NCBI GenBank assembly: GCA_964538435.1
Contig: CAZIDX010000004.1
Span: forward strand, 769 to 64,768
DNA length: 64,000 nt
From: an uncultured Gammaproteobacteria bacterium
Lineage (GTDB): Bacteria > Patescibacteriota > Patescibacteriia > UBA9934 > GWF2-40-263
Reading direction: 5' to 3'
This document shows, piece after piece, positions 55,726-64,000 of this stretch. The translations under genes and the position numbers were made by a program. The notes below the pieces were generated by a model that saw only the letters and a program-made list of their open reading frames with translations, was not told the origin of the DNA and searched no databases. Position 1 is the first letter of the stretch. Each line of letters begins with the position of its first letter.

Positions 55726-55763
55726 CCAAAAAACCCGCTTTGCAGCGAGTTTTTCATTTTGGT

Positions 55764-56444
55764 TTATGCTCCAGCGTTGATCTTGATTCCAGGGCCGATT
55801 GTAGATGAAATACTTGCGCCCTTGATGTAGATTCCTTTTGCACCTGCTGGCTTGAGACGCTTGATTTGATCTAGAAGCGCTTCAAGGTTCTGTGCGAGCT
55901 GTTCTTCTGTGAATGATGCTCGTCCAAAGACTTGGTGAATGTTTCCTGTGTTGTCGTTTTTGAAACTCTCTTTACCAGCCTTTTGATCCTCAACCATTTT
56001 CTTTACGTTTGGTCCTACAGTGTCAGACTTTGGGTTTGGCATGAGTCCGCGAGGTCCGAGGAAGCGCGCAAGCTTTGCGAGCTTTGGCATCATGGTTGGA
56101 GTTGCAACAGCGACATCAAAGTCAATGTTTCCTTTTTGAGCAATTTCTTGGATGAGCTCTTCGTTTCCAACGAGGTCTGCTCCAGCTTCCTTTGCCTCTG
56201 CTTCCTTTTCAGGTTCTACGAATGCAGCAACGCGCTTTGTTTTTCCTGTTCCGTGTGGAAGAGAAATGGTTCCGCGTACTTGCTGATCAGACTTTGAAGG
56301 GTTGATTCCTAGTTTTACGTGAAGCTCGATTGCCTCGTCATACTTTGCGGTTGCAAGCTTCTTTGAAAGTGTAAGCGCTTCTGGGATCTCGTAGATCTTG
56401 TCTTTGTCTACTTGAGATCGCGCTTCTGTCATTCTTTTTGTCAT
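55764..56444 (-). CDS. rplA: 50S ribosomal protein L1
   Basis: Characteristic L1 sequence; follows rplK. Confidence 0.9.
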   Translation of the reverse strand: MTKRMTEARSQVDKDKIYEIPEALTLSKKLATAKYDEAIELHVKLGINPSKSDQQVRGTISLPHGTGKTKRVAAFVEPEKEAEAKEAGADLVGNEELIQEIAQKGNIDFDVAVATPTMMPKLAKLARFLGPRGLMPNPKSDTVGPNVKKMVEDQKAGKESFKNDNTGNIHQVFGRASFTEEQLAQNLEALLDQIKRLKPAGAKGIYIKGASISSTIGPGIKINAGA

Positions 56445-56499
56445 AGTGTTCTATTAGTGGTCTAGCGCCATGCCAGTGGCAGAGCTCCCACGATTTAGA

Positions 56500-56925
56500 T
56501 TAACCTTTGATTTCGAGTCCCATTTGCTTTGCTGTGCCTGCAATAATCTTCATTGCTTGCTCAACATCATCTGTGTTGAGGTCAGGCATTTTCTTTTCAG
56601 CAATTTCTTGGAGCTGTGCGCGAGTGATTGAACCAACTTTGGTGGTCAAAGGGTTGCCAGATCCTTTTTTGATCTTTGCAGCCTTCTTGAGCATGTCAGA
56701 GGCTGGTGCTGTTTTTGTAACAAAGTCGAATGATCGATCTTCGTATACGTTGATGATGACCGGAACGATCTCACCGCGACGTTCTTTGGTAGCTCCATTG
56801 AACATGTTCACGAAGTCTCCGATTGGGAGTCCGTGCTGACCAAGTGCTGGTCCGATCGGTGGGGCAGGGGTAGCTGCGCCTCCTGGGATTTGCAACTTGA
56901 TCTGCGTAACGAGTTTTTTCGCCAT
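56500..56925 (-). CDS. rplK: 50S ribosomal protein L11
   Basis: [33 protein letters not shown]. Confidence 0.9.
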   Translation of the reverse strand: MAKKLVTQIKLQIPGGAATPAPPIGPALGQHGLPIGDFVNMFNGATKERRGEIVPVIINVYEDRSFDFVTKTAPASDMLKKAAKIKKGSGNPLTTKVGSITRAQLQEIAEKKMPDLNTDDVEQAMKIIAGTAKQMGLEIKG

Positions 56926-57007
56926 AGTATTGATATTTACTGGATTCCGCTGCCCGTAGGTAGCAGCAACCAGACTATGAATAATTATCTAGCTTCGGGA
57001 GGGTACA

Positions 57008-57559
57008 CTAAACTTCCTTAACTTGCAAGAAGTCGAGCTCTACTGGAGTCTCGCGTCCAAACATGGAAACAAGCACCTTAACCTTACCGCGCTCTTCGTC
57101 GATTTCAGCCACTTTTCCTTCCTGGTCTTTAAACGGACCGTCGGTGATAAGTACAGGTGATCCTTTTTGCAGATCAAGCTTGTATTCAGGTTCATCAACA
57201 CCCATGCGTTTCTGGAGAGAGTCGATTTCTTCTTGAGCGATTGGAGTAGGGGTTGTTCCGGTTCCAATGAATCCAGTCACGTTTGGTGTGTTTCGTACAA
57301 CGTACCAAGAGTCGTCTGTAACGATCATTTCCACGAGCACGTATCCAGGGAAGATTTTTTCTTCAATGGTTTTTCGTTTTCCGTTTTTGATCTTGATCTT
57401 CTTTTCCTTTGGTACCAAGACGTGAAAGATTTTCTCTTCCATGTCCATGGTCTCAATACGTTGATTGAGGTTCTCAGATACGTTCTCTTCGTATCCTGAG
57501 TAAGTGTGGATCGCGTACCAACGTCGACCCATGTTTGCTGTTTGCTTTGCCATACTCAC
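57008..57559 (-). CDS. nusG: Transcription termination/antitermination factor NusG
   Basis: NGN domain WYAIHTYSGYE; C-terminal KOW. Confidence 0.9.
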   Translation of the reverse strand: MSMAKQTANMGRRWYAIHTYSGYEENVSENLNQRIETMDMEEKIFHVLVPKEKKIKIKNGKRKTIEEKIFPGYVLVEMIVTDDSWYVVRNTPNVTGFIGTGTTPTPIAQEEIDSLQKRMGVDEPEYKLDLQKGSPVLITDGPFKDQEGKVAEIDEERGKVKVLVSMFGRETPVELDFLQVKEV

Positions 57560-57690
57560 GTCTTCAAAATTGACGATCTTTCAGTTCGTGTCTGTGCACT
57601 TCGACGATGTACCGATCAGTACACCTTACTGCAGTGCTCGACACTCACTGAAATCTCATTCAATTTTGCAAACGTTCAATGTTTAAAAAA

Positions 57691-57915
57691 TTAAGAGGTA
57701 AGTGAGATAAGCTGCTCTAGTCCAATGTTGAGCAACCAGTCTAATCCTCCAAAGAAACCAGCAATGATTAGACAAAGAACAATAGTGATAATTGAGTACT
57801 TGACGGTTTCCTTGCGGCTTGGCCAAGTGACTTTTTTCATCTCGCTTCGAGATTCACTAACGTAGCGAAAGAGCCATTTAATAGGATTCTCTTTCTCAGT
57901 AGTTTTGGTTTTCAT
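57691..57915 (-). CDS. secE: Preprotein translocase subunit SecE
   Basis: 74 aa, single C-terminal TM; canonical secE-nusG-rplK-rplA order. Confidence 0.8.
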   Translation of the reverse strand: MKTKTTEKENPIKWLFRYVSESRSEMKKVTWPSRKETVKYSIITIVLCLIIAGFFGGLDWLLNIGLEQLISLTS

Positions 57916-58024
57916 AAAATAAAGCGTGTAGCGGTTAGCGGGTAGCGAGTAGTCTATTCGCTAAACGCTATTCGCTCTTTAGCTGAAGTATTTTAAAAAC
58001 GGGCCCTGGGCCCATTCGATGAGA

Positions 58025-58053
58025 ACTATAAGGTATCTAGGGTATTTTGTCAA
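58025..58053 (-). promoter_or_regulatory. Minus-strand promoter TTGACAAAA-N17-TATAGT upstream of secE operon
   Basis: Reverse complement of 58025-58053; hairpin GGGCC-CAG-GGCCC+U5 just downstream of predicted TSS. Confidence 0.45.
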
Positions 58054-58076
58054 TGGGGTGGGGACAATTGAAAAAC

Positions 58077-58093
58077 CGGCTGGGAGGCCGGCT
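58077..58093 (-). terminator. Terminator hairpin ccggc-tgggag-gccgg (U-run on minus) after CDS 58109..58525
   Basis: 5-bp GC stem; plus-strand A-run 58071-58075. Confidence 0.4.
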
Positions 58094-58108
58094 TGGCGTG
58101 GAGCGCGA

Positions 58109-58525
58109 TCATTCGATCGGGTTTCCTGTGAGAGGGTTCTTCCACTCTGCTCCCTTGGGACCGTTGGCGGTCGTCTTGATCACACAGGACTCGAGATGTT
58201 CTCCGGGCATGAACACGTAGTAGCGTACCTGGTGGCCAGAGCGGTCGGGTACACGGTCGCCTGGTGCGAGCTCTCTGCTCCAGCGAACGGTTTCGCCCTT
58301 GAACAGCCAGGTAGAGCGGATGTGGACGGGGTGATCGTTGTTGTTTTTTACCCAGCCAGGTGCTGCATGGCCTGTCACCTCGACGCCGCACTGCTCAGTG
58401 CGGGCTTGGAGGTGGTCGGAACGTTCCCAGTGGGGGACAATGCTGATGTTGGCGGCCGCAGCCAGTCCCAGAGGGATAAGCATGATCGCGCCAAGCATCC
58501 AGAGGCCTCTGGTCGACATGGGCAC
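58109..58525 (-). CDS. Hypothetical small secreted protein (GC-rich)
   Basis: Signal peptide MPMSTRGLWMLGAIMLIPLGLAAAA. Confidence 0.45.
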   Translation of the reverse strand: MPMSTRGLWMLGAIMLIPLGLAAAANISIVPHWERSDHLQARTEQCGVEVTGHAAPGWVKNNNDHPVHIRSTWLFKGETVRWSRELAPGDRVPDRSGHQVRYYVFMPGEHLESCVIKTTANGPKGAEWKNPLTGNPIE

Positions 58526-58555
58526 CTCCTAAGGTGTTTGTGTGAGAGTGGGGGA

Positions 58556-59035
58556 TTATTCGGGCTTAGGCACCTCTTCTATGCGGAGGAGTAGGTGGAG
58601 ATCACCGAATTGGATGTGGTGCCTTGCATGACTGAGGTAGATGTGCACGAAGGAGACAGGGATGCAGTTTGCAGGGTCAATGATCACACCGTCGATCAGG
58701 ATGGTGTCGGTTGGCTCGTTTTGCCGGTACTTTTTTCTGTTTGGCTGGGATGCTTTTTGTCGCTCGGTGAGCTCGCTGGCGTGCTCCTTGTGGGCAATCA
58801 ATAGCACACAAGGTTTTTGCATCGTCTCCCTTGCTTGCAAAGTTAGAATGTCATCAGAAGCAAGGTTTGCCAGATGGTTGGGGATGTGGTGTCTGAGGAG
58901 CTCCCTGTCCATGAGGATTGTTGGGTTGTATCCTAGGGGATCTGCTGGAGGGGAGCACTCAATGGGTGTGCTAAAGGAGATGTCCAAAGGCTCTCCTGTG
59001 ATTGCATCGATGATACAGAAGCGGAGCATTAGCAT
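58556..59035 (-). CDS. Hypothetical protein
   Basis: ORF with GGAGG RBS (plus 59041-59046 cctccg). Confidence 0.45.
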   Translation of the reverse strand: MLMLRFCIIDAITGEPLDISFSTPIECSPPADPLGYNPTILMDRELLRHHIPNHLANLASDDILTLQARETMQKPCVLLIAHKEHASELTERQKASQPNRKKYRQNEPTDTILIDGVIIDPANCIPVSFVHIYLSHARHHIQFGDLHLLLRIEEVPKPE

Positions 59036-59068
59036 TTTTGCCTCCGTGAGTTTATGAGAGAACCAGTA

Positions 59069-59097
59069 TTATTAGCAAGTTTTTGTGAATTTGTCAA
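59069..59097 (-). promoter_or_regulatory. Minus-strand promoter TTGACAAAT-N17-TAATAA
   Basis: Reverse complement of 59069-59097. Confidence 0.4.
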
Positions 59098-59100
59098 TAC

Positions 59101-59127
59101 AAAAACCCGCAACGTGATTGGTTGCGG
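59101..59127 (-). terminator. Terminator (cccgcaac-gtgattg-gttgcgg; U5 on minus)
   Basis: 8-bp stem; plus A-run 59101-59105. Confidence 0.5.
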
Positions 59128-59146
59128 ATTCTTTACTTTGAAATAT

Positions 59147-61733
<2,587 letters not shown>

Positions 61734-61808
61734 CTATAGATTACACTATTTGAGCGACTTTTCCAAGCCCTGACTGTGGGTGTCTTGAGCGCATTTTTTC
61801 TTTTGTCG

Positions 61809-61817
61809 TGGTATAAT
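61809..61817 (+). promoter_or_regulatory. Extended -10 promoter element TGgTATAAT upstream of CDS 61826
   Basis: tggtataat 9-8 bp before the ATG; no good -35 at canonical spacing. Confidence 0.35.
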
Positions 61818-61825
61818 TTTCTTAC

Positions 61826-62755
61826 ATGAATCAGGAGGGATTTTTATTAGAAGAAGAACAAGAAGATAAGCGGTTTTATCGCTTGTCTTTGTGGTGGGTA
61901 GAGCATCGCGCGCTTCTGCGTCAGATTGGGATTGGAATTTTTATTGCGTTTGATGCTGTGCTCTTGTCTTTTGTTGTCTGGACCATGCTTGATAGCTTTG
62001 CGATTTCCTATGGCGCAGAGCAGCGTGCTGTGGCAGAGATGGTTGCATATGGTCAGTCGGATCTGCATGCGTATACGGTTGCAAATGCAGCAGAGGATTT
62101 GCAGATGGGAAGCGCAAGTGTGTTTTCTACGGGGGATGGCCAGTTTGATCTTGTTGTGTTTGTTCGCAATAAGAATGATGATTGGTGGGCTGAGGTTGAT
62201 TACCATTTCCTCACAGATTCAGGTGAGAGCGAATACCGCTCAGGGTTTATTTTGCCAAGCGAGGAAAAGCCATTTGTAGAGCTTGCATTTGATTCAGGCA
62301 GCACATTGTTTGATGCAGAGTTTGTGGTTGATAATGTTGCGTGGTATCGCGTTGACCATCATCTGATTTCAGACTACGAAGTGTGGTCAGATGATAGACT
62401 AAACATTGCGATTGAGGATGCTGCGTTTACAACTGAGGCGGGGTATGAAGACGAGGTTTATGGGCGTACGTCGTTTTATGCCACGAACAGCACGGCGTTT
62501 AGCTATTATGAGCCAAGGTTTTTTATTATGCTCATGAGAGGTTCGTCAGTGGTTGGAATAAACAGAACATCGGTTTCAGAGTTTGAGAGCGGTGAGATGA
62601 TTGATGTGAGTGTGAACTGGTTTGGGACACTGCCGTCAGTGACAAGTGTTGAGATCAGGCCGGAGATTAATATCTTTGATCTTGATTCGTATAAAGCATT
62701 GGCTGGTGAGACTACGCGAGATACACGTACAAGGGTGTTTGATACTCGAAGGTAG
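61826..62755 (+). CDS. Hypothetical membrane-anchored extracytoplasmic protein
   Basis: ORF; TM IGIGIFIAFDAVLLSFVVWTML. Confidence 0.5.
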   Translation: MNQEGFLLEEEQEDKRFYRLSLWWVEHRALLRQIGIGIFIAFDAVLLSFVVWTMLDSFAISYGAEQRAVAEMVAYGQSDLHAYTVANAAEDLQMGSASVFSTGDGQFDLVVFVRNKNDDWWAEVDYHFLTDSGESEYRSGFILPSEEKPFVELAFDSGSTLFDAEFVVDNVAWYRVDHHLISDYEVWSDDRLNIAIEDAAFTTEAGYEDEVYGRTSFYATNSTAFSYYEPRFFIMLMRGSSVVGINRTSVSEFESGEMIDVSVNWFGTLPSVTSVEIRPEINIFDLDSYKALAGETTRDTRTRVFDTRR

Positions 62756-62831
62756 GTTCAATTCTTAAAAGGAGGCAACCGGGGGTGGTTGCTTTTTTGC
62801 TTGGCTGTGATTAGCTAGGGGAGACATTGAT

Positions 62832-63962
62832 ATGAAACGTTTTCTTCCTAACATTTCAATGGGGTCAGGTCGGTTTAGATCACTGGACTGGCTTCTTTTG
62901 ATTAGTGTGTTTGTTTTGCTTTTGCTTGGTCTTTCTGCGATTTACTCAGTTGAGCTTTCTCAGGCGAGTGGGTTTTTGAATGTGAAAAAGCAGCTTATTG
63001 CTGTTGTGGTGGCAAGTGTGGTTTGTTTTTTTGTTTCGTTTTCAAATTATCAGCTTTTGCGTAATTATAGTTTGGTTCTTTATGTGTTTGGGGTTCTGCT
63101 TTTGGTGGGAGTGCTCGTGCTGGGGGATACCATTCGTGGCGCGCAAGGATGGTTTGTGTTTGGTCCAGCGAGTTTTCAGCCGGTTGAGTTCATGAAGGTG
63201 GCGCTTATTGTGATGCTTGCCGCGTATTTTTCTCGGCATGCAAAACGACCACTTGGGCTCAGGCAACTTGGTGGAAGTATGGTTATCATGCTTATCCCTG
63301 TCACGCTTGTAATGATGCAGCCTGACCTTGGTTCTGCGTCTGTGCTTGTGGGGATTTGGCTTTTCTTGTCACTGTTTGCTGGTATGCGCTGGCTTCACGC
63401 GATTGTCCTGGCTGTGTTTGGGTCTGCACTCAGTGCTTTGGCATGGCTCTTTTTTCTTGTTGAGTATCAGAAGGCTCGCATCATGACGTTTTTGGATCCG
63501 ACGTTTGATCCGTTAGGGCAGGGATATAATGTTGCGCAGGCAATTATTGCCATTGGGTCAGGCGGTTTTTTTGGAAGCGGGCTTGGGTTTGGAACTCAGA
63601 GCCACTTGAAGTTTTTGCCTGAGAGTCAGACAGACTTTATTTTTGCTGTGATCGCTGAGGAGCTTGGGTTTATTGGGGTGCTTATTGTGATGGCCGCGTT
63701 TGCACTTTTGTTTTCACGAATTCTAAGGCTTGTTTTTCGAGCGGCAAATGATTTTTCTGCGTTTTTACTTTTGGGGGTTGGTGCCATGTTCTTTTTGCAG
63801 TTTCTTGTGAACATTGGGATGAATCTTGGTCTCTTTCCTGTGACAGGAATCGGTCTTCCTTTTGTAAGTTATGGAGGAAGCTCGCTTCTCTTTTCGCTTC
63901 TTCTGGTTGCTATTGTTGAGAGTGTTGCTTGTCGAGATCGGGGTGTTCGTCAATCAAGATAG
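62832..63962 (+). CDS. SEDS-family peptidoglycan glycosyltransferase (FtsW/RodA)
   Basis: 10-TM topology, conserved SEDS motifs incl. C-terminal GGSSLL-like region. Confidence 0.8.
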   Translation: MKRFLPNISMGSGRFRSLDWLLLISVFVLLLLGLSAIYSVELSQASGFLNVKKQLIAVVVASVVCFFVSFSNYQLLRNYSLVLYVFGVLLLVGVLVLGDTIRGAQGWFVFGPASFQPVEFMKVALIVMLAAYFSRHAKRPLGLRQLGGSMVIMLIPVTLVMMQPDLGSASVLVGIWLFLSLFAGMRWLHAIVLAVFGSALSALAWLFFLVEYQKARIMTFLDPTFDPLGQGYNVAQAIIAIGSGGFFGSGLGFGTQSHLKFLPESQTDFIFAVIAEELGFIGVLIVMAAFALLFSRILRLVFRAANDFSAFLLLGVGAMFFLQFLVNIGMNLGLFPVTGIGLPFVSYGGSSLLFSLLLVAIVESVACRDRGVRQSR

Positions 63963-64000
63963 CTTGTGGTATTCTGAGAGTAAGGAGAGTCGTGGGGACT

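Overview
This 64-kb window comes from a small-genome bacterium with about 45-48% GC, GGAGG-type ribosome-binding sites and sigma70-like promoters. The backbone is housekeeping: a thioredoxin-CcdA fusion, recG, radA, clpC-like, htpX, lemA, PMM/PGM, tyrS, rseP, pheS-pheT, dnaE, thrS, miaB-miaA, gatB, a tmk-like kinase, a thyA-like gene, folA, a dCMP-deaminase fusion, rplA-rplK-nusG-secE, gyrB, a SEDS (FtsW/RodA) protein, and two tRNAs (Arg, Thr). No rRNA and no CRISPR array are present. Several non-routine things lie on top of this. (1) A minus-strand operon (8742-15285) has three paralogous exported proteins. They share a ~100-aa membrane-hairpin module, two of them also a Cys-rich N-domain, and each carries a different peptidoglycan-hydrolase domain (SLT, M15, M23). 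DsbA, a beta-propeller protein and a membrane protein sit alongside. (2) A deoxypyrimidine cluster contains a ThyA homologue with the Asn->Asp substrate-specificity switch expected for a dCMP-modifying enzyme. Next to it are DHFR, a dTMP-kinase-like gene and a dCMP-deaminase::DNPH1-like fusion. (3) Two families of interspersed structured repeats occur. One is a ~200-bp two-hairpin element in three copies with compensatory base changes. The other is a 42-bp conserved core sitting inside site-specific, perfect 24-30-bp palindromes. (4) A GC-rich island lies beside tRNA-Thr, and other GC-rich 'cargo' genes each carry a near-identical TTGACAAAA-N17 promoter. (5) A winged-helix/Cas2-like gene is bracketed by an 18-bp direct repeat containing a 12-bp palindrome. 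(6) A 23S-IVS-type four-helix-bundle gene is flanked by a perfect 15-bp inverted repeat. All calls are from reading the sequence, so domain assignments are motif-based inference.
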